Shown one piece after another: positions 9,807 to 20,225 of a stretch of 64,000 bases of DNA. Where the stretch lies: positions 17,752 to 81,751 of the forward strand of contig OY759745.1 of the NCBI GenBank assembly GCA_963662685.1, read 5' to 3'. The notes under the pieces are model-generated. The model saw only the letters and a list, made by a program, of their open reading frames with translations, did not search any database and was not told where the DNA came from. Positions within the stretch are counted from its first letter, which is position 1, and each line of letters begins with the position of its first letter. Both the position numbers and the translations under genes were made by a program. The stretch comes from Bacteroidales bacterium (GTDB taxonomy: Bacteria; Bacteroidota; Bacteroidia; Bacteroidales; VadinHA17).

Positions 9807-10383
9807 TTTTCAGTTTGTGTATAAAACCTGATATTTCCATATCAGTAAGCACCTCGTGTGGGGTAAAATATTTAAAGACCTCATTGGGCATAGTTCTAAA
9901 GCTTGCGTTATCAGGACTCTGAACTATGGTATACGCACCGTTCCGGTATGCGCTAAACAGCCCTCTGGCACCATCTGAATTGGCACCGGAAAGAATAATG
10001 CCGATCATATTGTTCCTTGCGGCATAACCAGCTGTCATAAATGTAAGATCAAGAGACGGCCGCGAATAGTTAATATCGGGCTCTGTTGAAAGAGCGATTT
10101 TATAACCGGGCTCCACTAACATATGATAATTTGCCGGACTCAGATAAGCAACTCCAGGTTCAATAGTTGTCTTGTCAAGCGGTTCCATTATACGTACCGC
10201 TGACCCTCGGTTCAATGATTCGACAAATCCATTTCTGAATTCCTTGAGCCTGTGCAGACAAAAAAGCAGTGGAAACGGAAAGTTATCGGGAATAGATGAG
10301 AGAATTTTCTGCACCACGGGAAAACTTCCCGCGGATCCCCCTATAACTATTATTTTCATTTTTTCTTTCATTATTTCTCGCAT
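9790..10383 (-). CDS. cheB: CheB-type protein-glutamate methylesterase, catalytic domain only (no receiver domain)
   Basis: A Ser/His/Asp triad context is present: KIIVIGGSAGSFPVVQKIL, LFCLHRL, ILSGANSDGARG. The ORF-track start at 10509 would overlap cheR by 100 nt, so I prefer the internal start MREIMKEKMKIIVIGG at 10383, 26 nt after the cheR stop. Confidence 0.8.
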   Translation of the reverse strand: MREIMKEKMKIIVIGGSAGSFPVVQKILSSIPDNFPFPLLFCLHRLKEFRNGFVESLNRGSAVRIMEPLDKTTIEPGVAYLSPANYHMLVEPGYKIALSTEPDINYSRPSLDLTFMTAGYAARNNMIGIILSGANSDGARGLFSAYRNGAYTIVQSPDNASFRTMPNEVFKYFTPHEVLTDMEISGFIHKLKNECHD

Positions 10384-10408
10384 AAATCCGGTTTGCCGGC
10401 ACAAATAT

Positions 10409-11242
10409 TCAGCCTGCCTTTCTTTTATATATTTTCTCTTCGAAATTTTCTTCAGTAAAATACCTGGCTGCTCTGCACCAACCAATAGACTCCTTTGACC
10501 CCAAACCAAGAAAAGAATCAGGAAGCAACGCTCTACTGAACTTATATATCACTCTATCCTGAAAATCAGAATTGAAATAAATAAGAACATTCCTGCACAA
10601 AATCAGATCATACGATTCTAATGCATTGTTCTGGACAAGATTATGATACCTGAATTCAGTATTTGACAGCAAACCTTTGTTGAAATGAACCGTATTCCCA
10701 ACATGCATATAATAATCACTTAGTTTACGGTTGCCTCCATATTTAACATAGTTACTTTCATAGAGATCCATGTTTTTGACCGGACACTCTCCATGTCGCG
10801 CTATATCAAGTACGTTCCTGTTCAAATCAGTTGCCAGAATTCTTGCCTTGTCCAACATCCCGGACTCCTCAAGTATGATTGCCATAGTATAAACTTCCTC
10901 TCCGGTAGAACATGCCGTTAACCATATATTTAGTTGCCGTCTCTCCTTCAATTGCGGTAGTATTCTGTCTCTTAAGTGAGTCCAAAAAGAGGGATCCCTG
11001 AACATTTCCGTTACGTTAACGGTAATCTGCCACACAAGTTGATCAGCATAGTCTCTGTCAAACCTGACCATCTCTGTCAATGACTTTATTGTCGGAATCT
11101 TATTAATCTCCATGAATCTTACTATTCTGCGTTTGTAAGAAGAAAAAGCATAACCGCCGAAATCAATCCCTGTTGCTTCTCTCAAAGCATCCGAAACCTT
11201 ATGCAAGTCTCCCAACTCAATATTTTTCACCATTGAATCCAA
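10409..11242 (-). CDS. cheR: CheR-type protein-glutamate O-methyltransferase (second copy)
   Basis: TEMFRDPSFW, WLTACSTGEEVYTMAIIL and DLILCRNVLIYFN are classic CheR SAM-MTase motifs. Confidence 0.9.
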   Translation of the reverse strand: MDSMVKNIELGDLHKVSDALREATGIDFGGYAFSSYKRRIVRFMEINKIPTIKSLTEMVRFDRDYADQLVWQITVNVTEMFRDPSFWTHLRDRILPQLKERRQLNIWLTACSTGEEVYTMAIILEESGMLDKARILATDLNRNVLDIARHGECPVKNMDLYESNYVKYGGNRKLSDYYMHVGNTVHFNKGLLSNTEFRYHNLVQNNALESYDLILCRNVLIYFNSDFQDRVIYKFSRALLPDSFLGLGSKESIGWCRAARYFTEENFEEKIYKRKAG

Positions 11243-11392
11243 TTTTCTTCAAGAAAGCCAAACACAAAAAACAATGTCTTCATCCGTCCAATGATTCATA
11301 AGTATGAACCCTGTTATTACAAAAATAGTTTTAGATATATGCTGGCTTAAGAGAGATGTCACGTGAAATATGTCCCTGTTATACCCGTTTAA

Positions 11393-11412
11393 CCCAGGTA
11401 TTTTTACCTGGG
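11393..11412. promoter_or_regulatory. Perfect 20-bp palindrome CCCAGGTA-TTTT-TACCTGGG (core CAGGTA-N4-TACCTG), candidate operator about 160 bp upstream of cheR2
   Basis: Read directly at 11393-11412. The same 16-bp core recurs at 19062-19077 and 30950-30965, each in the non-coding region heading a minus-strand gene block. Confidence 0.45.
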
Positions 11413-11517
11413 AATAAGGGTGTTTTTTCTTGTGTGCTGGTTCCAATAAGAGGTTATCTTTACCGTTACGTTTTGTTATTTTAAATGACACTAAAAATTT
11501 AGGGTTAGATTTATTGA

Positions 11518-11549
11518 ATAGGAGGAATACTGTTTTAGTTTCCTCCTAT
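11518..11549. terminator. 10-bp perfect inverted repeat (ATAGGAGGAA / TTCCTCCTAT, 12-nt loop); possible terminator between the MCP/CheW/CheR block and the cheR2 block
   Basis: Read directly. It lies about 190 nt downstream of the stop at 11739, inside a roughly 500-bp non-coding gap. The flanking T-run is weak in either orientation, hence the low confidence. Confidence 0.3.
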
Positions 11550-11738
11550 ATTGTTTTCACTATCAAGCATATAAGCAATCCAATACCGGGATCAGAATCC
11601 AGATCACTTAAAAAAAGTTTAAATTGTTATCGGCATTGCCTCTATGATCGGAAAAACAATAAAAAACTCGCTTTTATACGTTGTGGATTAATTGTATTAC
11701 TGATTTGTGAACGATCATCCACAATCTTTGGCGGCCGT

Positions 11739-12767
11739 TCAGGATATTGGTTCCTTTACCGCATTTATCCTCATGGTTATGTTATCTATATCCTTAACAA
11801 GATCATAAACCATAAGAAAATGTTTATTTATATTTGTCTGCTCTTTGGATGGTTTAGCGGTAATTCCCTCCAGCTTTCCTCCTTTATCAAGAAAATCTAT
11901 TATTTGCCGCAATGATGTACATATCCTGAGAAAAAGATCTTCATTGCCGTCACCGGTATCACGCATTCCAATAAGATCTATAACCACGTTCTGTATTGTA
12001 TTGGTCGTCGCGGATTCGAGTTCCTGTTCCAGGGAGACAAATATTTCATCATCAAGCGATAAGCTAAGTATCTCAAGCTGAAGATGCTTTATTCTTAGCA
12101 CCTTCTTATATAATTCGACTATTCTTGAGGAACAGAAAAAAATTGATTCGAGGACTTTATCTCCGTCAGGTATATCAATAATCAATAATTCCTTGTCAAC
12201 AAAAAAAACCAACGGCTCATACGTACTACCCTGGATCACATCAGAGTAGTCAATTATAATTTTGTTCCATATTCTCGCGTAACGTTCAAAATCGTTGATA
12301 GTGTTAACCTTTGTTTTTCCCTCGAACATAACAGCCAGAAGAGATTTATCATCAATAGTATCAGTTTTGATTGCAAAATCTTTGAGTAGCTCCGTGTTCA
12401 TGCCTCCAAACCTCCGCAATTCAGAGGCCATTGCTTTTATCTGTTTTAACAATACCACTGGATTGATACTATTCTCTTCAAAATGTGAAGTCAGTTTACT
12501 GGCACCTCTTTTCCCTGTTACACCATGTTCATCAATTTTATTGAGCATTACAGTATTTAAATAAGAGCCGTCAGAGAGCTCCATCCCAAGCAAATCTTCA
12601 ATAAGCTGGCTTTTGTTTTTTTCAATCTCGGCAGTAACATCATTACCTTCTGAATTGGCCGCCAAATCCAACAATTCCATTAACGTTTCAAACTTCCGCA
12701 CAAGCTGTCTTGATTCTATCTCTGTTTTAAGATGATCTATCAGATCAATTGTTGTCTGTATTCGCAT
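11739..12767 (-). CDS. Hypothetical soluble protein, unrecognised family (paralog A); directly follows cheR
   Basis: The 342-aa ORF has no signal peptide or TM helix and no motif I can assign. It is a full-length paralog of 20226-21278. Shared blocks: TIDLIDH.K..IES.QLV.KF, G.RGA..L.H.FE.N, ERYARIW.KII.DYS, I.IP.GD..LESI, YKK.LRI..LQLE, DLF...SL.QI.DF.DKGGK.E. Confidence 0.8.
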   Translation of the reverse strand: MRIQTTIDLIDHLKTEIESRQLVRKFETLMELLDLAANSEGNDVTAEIEKNKSQLIEDLLGMELSDGSYLNTVMLNKIDEHGVTGKRGASKLTSHFEENSINPVVLLKQIKAMASELRRFGGMNTELLKDFAIKTDTIDDKSLLAVMFEGKTKVNTINDFERYARIWNKIIIDYSDVIQGSTYEPLVFFVDKELLIIDIPDGDKVLESIFFCSSRIVELYKKVLRIKHLQLEILSLSLDDEIFVSLEQELESATTNTIQNVVIDLIGMRDTGDGNEDLFLRICTSLRQIIDFLDKGGKLEGITAKPSKEQTNINKHFLMVYDLVKDIDNITMRINAVKEPIS

Positions 12768-12859
12768 ATTAAATATTTTGTATCATCGATTACTTTATGA
12801 TAAATCATTATCCACAAACCAACCGGACTTAAAGAATCATAAATATGTCCACCTCATCA

Positions 12860-13687
12860 TTAATACTTGAGAAATATCGTTGACCGGACCTGATCAAGCG
12901 GGACATCCATATTTGTTATCGATTCCGAATGACCCAGAAAAAAATGGCCACCTGCGCCGAGTTTCCCACATAGCTTGTTTATTACCGCCTCCTGTGTATC
13001 ACGATCAAAATATATCAGCACATTACGACAGAAAATAACATCAAACGGACCCTGAATATTATAATATCCCGACATGAAGTTTAAGCTTTTGAAATCAACT
13101 CTCGACCTGAGTTCAGGGACTATCCTTACAGTTTTCTCCTGCTTATCCTTACTCCGCAGAAAATACTTCTTTTTATAGTATTCTTCGACCTGTGCGATTT
13201 TTTCTTCTGGATATATAGCAACAGTCCCCCTCTGAATCATCCTGTTAGAGATATCTGTTGCCGTAATATGAAAATCAAAATCGCTGCATTTATTTTTAAA
13301 TTCCTGTAAAATCATGGCGATAGTGTATGCCTCCTCACCACTGGAACATCCCGCCGACCATACCCGCATGAATTTCTTACCGTATTCTTTATAAAATACC
13401 GGTAGCAGTTGTTCCGTCAAATAATCAAAATGAACCGGCTCCCTGAAAAAATCAGTTTTGTTAGTTGTGATTATATCCGTCATCAGTACCTTCTCGGCAG
13501 TGCCCTCTCTACTGAACACGAAATCAAGATAATCACTGAAGGAGTGTTTTTGAAGTTCCCTCAAACGGCGTTGTAACCTGCCCTGAAGCATTATCCGTTT
13601 AACATCCGGCATTTTGATCCCCAGTTCTTCCGTAATATATGCCGCCAGTCTTCTAAACTCCTTATCACCTAACTCGATCTGGTTCAT
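12860..13687 (-). CDS. cheR: CheR protein-glutamate O-methyltransferase
   Basis: TDFFREPVHF, VWSAGCSSGEEAYTIAMIL and DVIFCRNVLIYFD. Confidence 0.9.
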   Translation of the reverse strand: MNQIELGDKEFRRLAAYITEELGIKMPDVKRIMLQGRLQRRLRELQKHSFSDYLDFVFSREGTAEKVLMTDIITTNKTDFFREPVHFDYLTEQLLPVFYKEYGKKFMRVWSAGCSSGEEAYTIAMILQEFKNKCSDFDFHITATDISNRMIQRGTVAIYPEEKIAQVEEYYKKKYFLRSKDKQEKTVRIVPELRSRVDFKSLNFMSGYYNIQGPFDVIFCRNVLIYFDRDTQEAVINKLCGKLGAGGHFFLGHSESITNMDVPLDQVRSTIFLKY

Positions 13688-13797
13688 TTTGATATATCGG
13701 TAAATTCAGGGCACCGCCCATTGATCTCCACTCATATCCAACCGCATAACCCCGGCGCCCTGAGAACCTACTTAAAAAAATCCAACCCGACAACTCA

Positions 13798-15786
13798 TCA
13801 AAATTTCTCATAATCTTCATTAAGAGGGTCATTACCACTAATATTAACGGCACGGCCATGTTTCCTTTTCTGATCCTTTCCGCACACATTCCCATCGTTA
13901 TCCAGCCCAATAATCCTCTGTTTATCATCTGTTGATGCATTGTCTGCCATTTTTTTCCGAAATTCACCCGGAAGGCTGAAAAAAGAGACATTATCAAGAA
14001 GTTTTTCCGACTGTATAGCCAACGCTTCTGAACTGGTAGCGACCTCTTCAGAAGCGGAGGCGTTCTGTTGCGTCACCTGGTTCAGTTGCTGGATCGCACT
14101 GTTAACCTGTTCACTTCCAGAATTCTGTTCAGTACTCGCGGCAGCGATCTCCTGAACCAGTCTTGCCGTCTTTTCGATATCCGGTATTATCGATTCCATG
14201 AGTTCACCGGCCTCCTTTGTCATCTTAAGTGATCTTTTTGAGAGATTATCTATCTCCACCGCGGAAACCTGGCTCCTCTCCGCCAGACGTCTTACCTCGG
14301 TAGCCACTACAGCGAAACCTTTGCCGTGTTCTCCCGCCCTTGCCGCCTCAACGGCGGCATTCAAAGCCAGAATATTTGTTTCACGGGCAATCTCTCCAAT
14401 TATTGATACCTTATTTGCTATCTCTTCAACATTAATCAAGGTATTTCTTGCGGCAGCGGCAACGTTTTTTATCCCGTCAGCGGCTTTAACCGCAATTAAC
14501 CGGGTCTCCTGGGCGTTCTCCATATTCTGCTGAATATTGGCCGCCATCTCTTCCATTGACGATGATATCTCCTCAACTGACGAAGCCTGTTCAGATGCTC
14601 TCTGGCTCATCTCCTGTGAGGTAGAACTTAGTTGCTGACTGGAACCGGACATATTTTCCGCAACCATCTGAAATTCCGAGATAACCCTAGCTACAGAGCT
14701 TGCCATTTCCGAGAAAGATTGCATCAAATCATCATTTTCTGACCGTTTCCGCAAATCAACGGTCAGGTCGCCATGCGCTATCAATCTCGCCTTTTCCGTA
14801 ATCTCATCCAGGGTTTGAATCAACTGGTTCACGTTATTCTTGATCGCGTTAAAATCACCTTTATACTCTTCAATTATTTCTTCGGGAATATCGCCTATCG
14901 AAATCTTTTCAACATAGTTAGCGGATACTTTAAGGGGATTTACCAACGCATCAAGAACATCATTTAACCCGACCGTTATTTCGCGAAACTCAAAATTGGT
15001 AGTTCCCGTGTCAATTCGTGAATCAAGGTTACCGTTCAAAGCATCATCAACCAGCTTCTTAATCTGAAGTACAATGGATTTTATTATACCATTGATATTC
15101 GCAGATATCCATAATCCAACAATTATCGCGAACAAAATCCCGGCTATTATACTAATGATCAAAAATACAGTAACATTTTTCACATCTGAAACGGCGGATA
15201 TACTGGCATTTTCAGCATTACGTACCTGCATTTCTGATATTTTCTGAACATCTTCTTCACAAAGAGCCAAAACCGTACTAACCTCACTATTATAATACAC
15301 AAAAAGCTGGTAATCAAGAGTAATGCACCTAATATCTTCATTATCCAAACCCTCATCCATCATATCAGTTCTTGTATTATAATAATGGGTATATGTCTCC
15401 CCAATTGTCCTCCATGTATTAAGGTTTGAAATGAAAGAATCCCATAAAGCCTGCTCACTGGCATCCTTTTCGAACGTATTAAATTTTTCAATCTGTTCAT
15501 CCATCTCTTTCAGACGGTTCTGAATCCTGTCGGCCATTTCCCTTCTTTCCTGAACGCTATATCCATTGTTTAATAGCGCATATTCATCTGATTTGATATC
15601 TGTTTGCAGAAACTGTATCCTCGAAATAGTCTGCAGTGAGGGAATAGACTTGGACAACATCGAATCCTGGGCATCCATTGAAGTATTCATTCCTTTATAG
15701 CCAACAAAACCAACCAATATGATAATAATTGACAGGAACAAAAAACTGGTATAAAGCTTTATACGTATTGATAAATTATTCAACAT
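13798..15786 (-). CDS. Methyl-accepting chemotaxis protein (four-helix-bundle-type periplasmic sensor, HAMP, MA domain)
   Basis: The hairpin-tip signature is [41 protein letters not shown]. There are two TM segments and HAMP-like regions. The C-terminal tail is ...NEDYEKF. Confidence 0.95.
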   Translation of the reverse strand: MLNNLSIRIKLYTSFLFLSIIIILVGFVGYKGMNTSMDAQDSMLSKSIPSLQTISRIQFLQTDIKSDEYALLNNGYSVQERREMADRIQNRLKEMDEQIEKFNTFEKDASEQALWDSFISNLNTWRTIGETYTHYYNTRTDMMDEGLDNEDIRCITLDYQLFVYYNSEVSTVLALCEEDVQKISEMQVRNAENASISAVSDVKNVTVFLIISIIAGILFAIIVGLWISANINGIIKSIVLQIKKLVDDALNGNLDSRIDTGTTNFEFREITVGLNDVLDALVNPLKVSANYVEKISIGDIPEEIIEEYKGDFNAIKNNVNQLIQTLDEITEKARLIAHGDLTVDLRKRSENDDLMQSFSEMASSVARVISEFQMVAENMSGSSQQLSSTSQEMSQRASEQASSVEEISSSMEEMAANIQQNMENAQETRLIAVKAADGIKNVAAAARNTLINVEEIANKVSIIGEIARETNILALNAAVEAARAGEHGKGFAVVATEVRRLAERSQVSAVEIDNLSKRSLKMTKEAGELMESIIPDIEKTARLVQEIAAASTEQNSGSEQVNSAIQQLNQVTQQNASASEEVATSSEALAIQSEKLLDNVSFFSLPGEFRKKMADNASTDDKQRIIGLDNDGNVCGKDQKRKHGRAVNISGNDPLNEDYEKF

Positions 15787-15788
15787 AA

Positions 15789-16319
15789 CTATTGTTCTCC
15801 TGGTTTTAAATCTTTGGATTTACCGTCTAAATCTGCTTGGTTCAGCGCCTCATTGAAATCGATAATTTCCTCTGTAGCGAATACTTTATCGATATTCAGA
15901 ATCATAATGAAATTAGAGTCGCATCTTTTCATGCCACTTATGAATCCCGCATTATACTTTGTACCAATTGAAGGGGAGTCAACTATTTCCTCGTCCCTGA
16001 ACTCCAGCACTTCTTTGACCGCATCAACCAACACGCCTACCATCAGTTCTTCATTATTCTTGTTAATGCTCAAAACTATTATGCTGGAATCAACAGTTAT
16101 CTCGTTTTCCCTGAGTCCGAATTTTATCCTCATATCGACAACGGGAAGCACATTACCTCGCAAGTTTATTACGCCTTTCATATAGTCTGGCGATTTAGGC
16201 ACTTTAGTTATAGGACTCATCTCCAGGATATTTAAAACCTTGGATACATTGATCGCAAAAACTTCTTCTCCCAGTTTAAATGAAAGATATGTTTGTATAG
16301 CAGTTTGTTCTGTATTCAT
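15789..16319 (-). CDS. cheW: CheW coupling protein
   Basis: [23 protein letters not shown]...[19 protein letters not shown], a typical CheW fold signature. Its stop is 2 nt from the MCP start. Confidence 0.9.
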   Translation of the reverse strand: MNTEQTAIQTYLSFKLGEEVFAINVSKVLNILEMSPITKVPKSPDYMKGVINLRGNVLPVVDMRIKFGLRENEITVDSSIIVLSINKNNEELMVGVLVDAVKEVLEFRDEEIVDSPSIGTKYNAGFISGMKRCDSNFIMILNIDKVFATEEIIDFNEALNQADLDGKSKDLKPGEQ

Positions 16320-16369
16320 AACTTCTGTAATTGTTTGATCTTACACACAGGTATATATTCGGTAACTCT

Positions 16370-16825
16370 TTATAGAGAAAATGTAATAGGAATCATATAC
16401 CATACAGGGACGGGGACCCCGTCTTTTTTGCCCGGAATAAAGTTGTTCATTGTCTGTATAATCCTCATAGCTTCTTTATCAAGATCAGTATCGACACTTT
16501 TAAGAACACTGACCATTGTCACACTACCTTTAGCGGTTACGCAAAACTTAACAACAACCTTGCCCTGTATTCCTCTCTCCATTGCCCTGACCGGATATTT
16601 AATATTATTGCTGATGTAATCAACCATAGCGGAATTGCCGCCAGGGTACATTGGCATCTCTTCCACTGCTACATACGGTTCTATATCCGCTCCACCAGCA
16701 GCATTGCTCCCAGAGGAATTCTGTCCATTCATCACATTATTGAATAGAATTCCCGAAGTAATAACTAGCACTATGATTCTTAAGAATCGTAGATTTTTTT
16801 CATTGTAATAAAAATGATGTTTCAT
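16370..16825 (-). CDS. TonB C-terminal-domain protein (single TM anchor plus TonB_C)
   Basis: VEEMPMYPGGNSAMVDYISNNIKYPVRAMERGIQGKVVVKFCVTAKGSV...IPGKKDGVPVPVWYMIPITFSL is a TonB_C pattern. I prefer the ATG at 16825 (MKHHFYY...) over the GTG at 16864. Confidence 0.75.
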   Translation of the reverse strand: MKHHFYYNEKNLRFLRIIVLVITSGILFNNVMNGQNSSGSNAAGGADIEPYVAVEEMPMYPGGNSAMVDYISNNIKYPVRAMERGIQGKVVVKFCVTAKGSVTMVSVLKSVDTDLDKEAMRIIQTMNNFIPGKKDGVPVPVWYMIPITFSL

Positions 16826-16966
16826 CAGAATATAATTTAATTTTAATTGACTGAAGGAACCCACATGTCTCTTATCAGACGCATCAGTTCATGCGCGAAA
16901 TCTACATTTGGGTTATATAAAATGGAATTAATTGTTCATAGTTTCAAAAATACCTTTCAGAGAAAA

Positions 16967-18844
16967 CTAAAACCTCTCATAATTAGCGTCATGGGCATCT
17001 TTGTTCATGTTGATGGTAACGCCCCGTTTTGCTTTGTTTGAGGACCCGTTTGGTTTAGAATGTTTTTTATCCGGCAAGTTATTGTTGGCTATATTGACAT
17101 TCGCTCCCATTTTAAGACCATGTCGCTCCATAGAAACCATTTCTGATTTCAGTTTAAAGAAAGAGATCATTTCCAGTAGTTGTTGTGCCTGGCTTGCCAG
17201 TTCTTCTGAACTTGTTGCCATCTCTTCTGAAGCGGCGGCATTTTGCTGGGTAACCTGGTTAAGTTGCTGAATGGCGCTGTTTACCTGGTTAGCGCCGGAG
17301 TTTTGCTCAATACTTGCGGCAGCGATCTCCTGAACAAGCTTAGCCGTTTTTCCGATCTCAGGAGCGATAGCTCCAAGCAGTTTCACTGATTCCTCGGTAG
17401 CATTGACACTATTTTTAGTCAGGTTATCAATTTCAACGGCTGATAACTGGCTTCTTTCCGCAAGTTTCCTCACCTCAGCGGCCACAACCGCGAATCCCTT
17501 TCCGTGCTCTCCGGCCCTTGCCGCTTCAACTGCGGCATTAAGAGCCAGAATATTCGTCTGACGGGCTATTTCTCCAATAATCGACACCTTGTCGGCTATA
17601 TCTCTCATATAGTTCAAAGTCTGGTCAGAAGCCTCTTTTACCTTGCTTATGCCCTCAGACGCATTAAAGGCTATCTTTTCTGTCTGTTGGGCGTTCTCCG
17701 TATTTTGTTGAATATTGGCAGCCATCTCTTCCATTGAAGAAGAAACCTCTTCGGCTGAAGAGGCTTGTTCAGATGCGCCCTGACTGAGCTCTTGTGAAGT
17801 GGAACTCATCTGTTCACTTGAAGCTGAAATATTGTTGGCGGCCGATTGGAATTCAGTAATAATCCTGGCCGTAGATTTAACCATATCGGTCAACGACTGT
17901 AAAAGATGATCATTATCAGAACGCTTTTTAAGATCTACAGTCAGGTCACCAGAGGCGACCATTTTTGCTTTTACCACAATATCGTTCAGAGTATTTATGA
18001 GAAGATTCAAATTACTGATAATTATATTAATATCTCCTTTATACTTATCAGTAATCACAGATGGCATATCACCTATAGAAATCTTTGAAATATAGTCAGC
18101 CGCAAGATCTAACGGTGTAACAAGCGAATCAACGACATTATTAAGGCCCTTTGTTATGCCCCTGAATTCAAAGTTTGTCCTCATAACATCGGCCCTTATT
18201 TTAAGGTTCCCGTCCAGAACACCGTCAACAACATCTTTTATCTGATTGTTTACTGCAGTAATATTGTTTTGAATGGACCTTCCAAGAACAAGACCAAGAA
18301 TTATAGCCAGGGCCACTCCAATTAATATAGCGACAACCGTAGCGTTTCTTGTTACGTTTATCACATGGAGAAGATCATCCTCATATATAGTTGTGGATAC
18401 ATACCACTCGGCCGGCTCGTAATAAGTGAAATGCTGGTATTTTATACGTCCTTCCCATTCATACGTGATCTTTCCTTCACCCATAGCGATCATCTCTTTA
18501 AAAAAGTCCTCGTTAGCTATATTATCGCCCTCACTGGTCGGATGAATTATAAACGTCCCGCCTTTATCTACAACATAGCCATAACCATTCGTATAAAACT
18601 TTTTCTCGTTGAAAATTTCTTTTAAAACTGTGAGGTCACTGTCCCTGTGTATACCAATCTGCAAATCGATCATCTGTTTCATATCGGACACCTGTTCAAA
18701 GAGTCTGTCATCAGAGTCGGATATTACGGATTTCCTTTGATTCCTAATGGAATATAACCCAAAGATTATCAATATTACACAAACAGCGAGACTTAGGGTA
18801 ACACTGAGTTTAGCACCTGTAGTCAGATCATTGATTTTTTTCAT
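16967..18844 (-). CDS. Methyl-accepting chemotaxis protein (single-Cache-like periplasmic sensor, HAMP, MA domain)
   Basis: Cache-like [20 protein letters not shown]. Signalling tip [42 protein letters not shown]-terminal tail ...DANYERF. I prefer the ATG at 18844 (MKKINDL...) over the TTG at 18871. Confidence 0.95.
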   Translation of the reverse strand: MKKINDLTTGAKLSVTLSLAVCVILIIFGLYSIRNQRKSVISDSDDRLFEQVSDMKQMIDLQIGIHRDSDLTVLKEIFNEKKFYTNGYGYVVDKGGTFIIHPTSEGDNIANEDFFKEMIAMGEGKITYEWEGRIKYQHFTYYEPAEWYVSTTIYEDDLLHVINVTRNATVVAILIGVALAIILGLVLGRSIQNNITAVNNQIKDVVDGVLDGNLKIRADVMRTNFEFRGITKGLNNVVDSLVTPLDLAADYISKISIGDMPSVITDKYKGDINIIISNLNLLINTLNDIVVKAKMVASGDLTVDLKKRSDNDHLLQSLTDMVKSTARIITEFQSAANNISASSEQMSSTSQELSQGASEQASSAEEVSSSMEEMAANIQQNTENAQQTEKIAFNASEGISKVKEASDQTLNYMRDIADKVSIIGEIARQTNILALNAAVEAARAGEHGKGFAVVAAEVRKLAERSQLSAVEIDNLTKNSVNATEESVKLLGAIAPEIGKTAKLVQEIAAASIEQNSGANQVNSAIQQLNQVTQQNAAASEEMATSSEELASQAQQLLEMISFFKLKSEMVSMERHGLKMGANVNIANNNLPDKKHSKPNGSSNKAKRGVTINMNKDAHDANYERF

Positions 18845-19061
18845 TTTTACATGCTTAAAAGTTTCAAACAATTATGGTCTTGATATTTAGATTTACTTAA
18901 TCACTGAAAATTAAGACAACAGCATTACCATATCCAGTACCGTATTGGGTTTTATGATCCATCTCTTTCCCGTTTTTCAGCAATATCAAATGTAGTTAAG
19001 AACAAACTCCAGTTTTAGAGAATTGTCACCTGAAATACTTCCAGGTTACACCTGTTTATCT

Positions 19062-19077
19062 CAGGTATTTTTACCTG
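19062..19077. promoter_or_regulatory. Palindrome CAGGTA-TTTT-TACCTG, candidate operator about 200 bp upstream of the MCP gene, with extra half-sites nearby
   Basis: Read directly. Additional ACCTG/CAGGT half-sites lie at 19028-19032, 19042-19046 and 19050-19054. A candidate -7 box (TACATTTG on the minus strand) lies at 18987-18994. Confidence 0.45.
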
Positions 19078-19130
19078 TGACAACTGGTGGTTTACTCTTA
19101 CATATTACGATTGTATCAGGCTGGGAACCA

Positions 19131-20207
19131 TTAAACTCCCGACAGTACTAAAGGTATTTTATCCAATGGCAGGATTCTGCAAACAGAATTGAGCTTAATT
19201 GCTTCCTTTGGCATTCCGAAGACAACACAACTTTCCTCGTCCTGGGCGACGGTAAGTGCACCCGCTTCTTTCATCTCAAGTAATCCCCTGGCACCATCAT
19301 CCCCCATTCCTGTCATTATTATGCCTATAGCGTTTGCTCCGGCGAACTGGGCCGCTGATCTGAACAGTACATCAACGGAAGGCCTGTGCCTGTTAACCAG
19401 GGGACCGTCAGTGATCTTAACATAATATCTGGCACCACTTCTTTTAACAAGCATATGCTTGTTTCCCGGAGCGATCAGGGTGTGCCCCCTTAAAATGCTA
19501 TCCCCGTCTTCAGCTTCTTTGACATTGATCCTGCATGACTGGTTCAATCTGTTAGCAAATGATTTGGTAAACATTTCAGGCATGTGCTGGACAATAACGA
19601 TACCAGGAGAATCAGAAGGCAAAGCTTCAAGAAATCGGGCAATAGCCTCTGTTCCTCCTGTTGAAGCGCCAACAACCACGACTTTCTCGGTTGTTTTGAT
19701 CATACTCTGTTTTCTCATGGAAGACAATACTACATCAGCGCTATATTTTGGAGGAACCGTAACGGGAATCTGACCGAAAGCATATTTCAGTTTCTTTTGT
19801 CTGCCTTTTGTCATCGCGGCAGCCCTGACAGCATCGCATAATACGATCTTCGACTCCTCAAAAAATTCCTTTGTGGCAAGTTGCGGTTTTGTTATTATCT
19901 CAACAGCGCCAAGCTCCATAGCTCTCATAGCTGTTTCAGTACCACTGGCTGTAAGACTCGATATTATCACCACCGGAATAGGATGTTGGGTCATAATTTT
20001 TCTGAGAAAAGTAATACCATCCATCCTTGGCATCTCAATATCAAGAGTTATCACGTCAGGTACTTCTTCTTTGATTATATGCGCCGCACGATAAGGATCT
20101 GAGGCTGTATCCAAAACCTCAAGCATAGGGTCAGATATGAATATTTCCTTTAATACCTGGCGTACCAGCGCTGAATCATCAACTATCAGTACTTTGATTT
20201 TCTTCAA
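19131..20207 (-). CDS. cheB: CheB methylesterase, full length (REC + catalytic domain)
   Basis: REC motifs: [29 protein letters not shown]. Catalytic motifs: [30 protein letters not shown]. The start is TTG: an in-frame TAG lies 2 codons upstream, and the next Met would truncate the REC domain. Confidence 0.9.
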   Translation of the reverse strand: MKKIKVLIVDDSALVRQVLKEIFISDPMLEVLDTASDPYRAAHIIKEEVPDVITLDIEMPRMDGITFLRKIMTQHPIPVVIISSLTASGTETAMRAMELGAVEIITKPQLATKEFFEESKIVLCDAVRAAAMTKGRQKKLKYAFGQIPVTVPPKYSADVVLSSMRKQSMIKTTEKVVVVGASTGGTEAIARFLEALPSDSPGIVIVQHMPEMFTKSFANRLNQSCRINVKEAEDGDSILRGHTLIAPGNKHMLVKRSGARYYVKITDGPLVNRHRPSVDVLFRSAAQFAGANAIGIIMTGMGDDGARGLLEMKEAGALTVAQDEESCVVFGMPKEAIKLNSVCRILPLDKIPLVLSGV

Positions 20208-20225
20208 AACTATTTTATTAACAGA

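Noticed and set aside
9790-10509. Long N-terminal extension of the REC-less cheB ORF (track start at 10509)
   Set aside because: The extension overlaps the cheR2 3' end by about 100 nt and adds no conserved sequence. The internal start at 10383 sits just after the cheR2 stop and immediately precedes the conserved KIIVIGGSAGS block.
11249-11915. ORFs 11249-11491 (minus, 80 aa) and 11430-11915 (plus, 161 aa) in the gap between paralog A and cheR2
   Set aside because: Their composition is low-complexity and Ile/Leu/Phe-rich, typical of AT-rich non-coding DNA. The plus ORF runs into the well-supported minus gene at 11739. The region is better explained as a regulatory spacer holding the palindrome at 11393-11412 and the hairpin at 11518-11549.
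13665-13997. 110-aa minus-strand ORF spanning the MCP1 stop and the cheR start
   Set aside because: It overlaps two well-supported genes in other frames and has no recognisable features.
13940-14533. Plus-strand ORFs (13940-14155, 14198-14533, and similarly 17001-17270, 17504-17737) antisense to the MCP genes
   Set aside because: They are shadow ORFs inside strongly supported MCP coding sequence. Their Ala/Ser-rich translations mirror the MCP codons, and they show no start context or motif.
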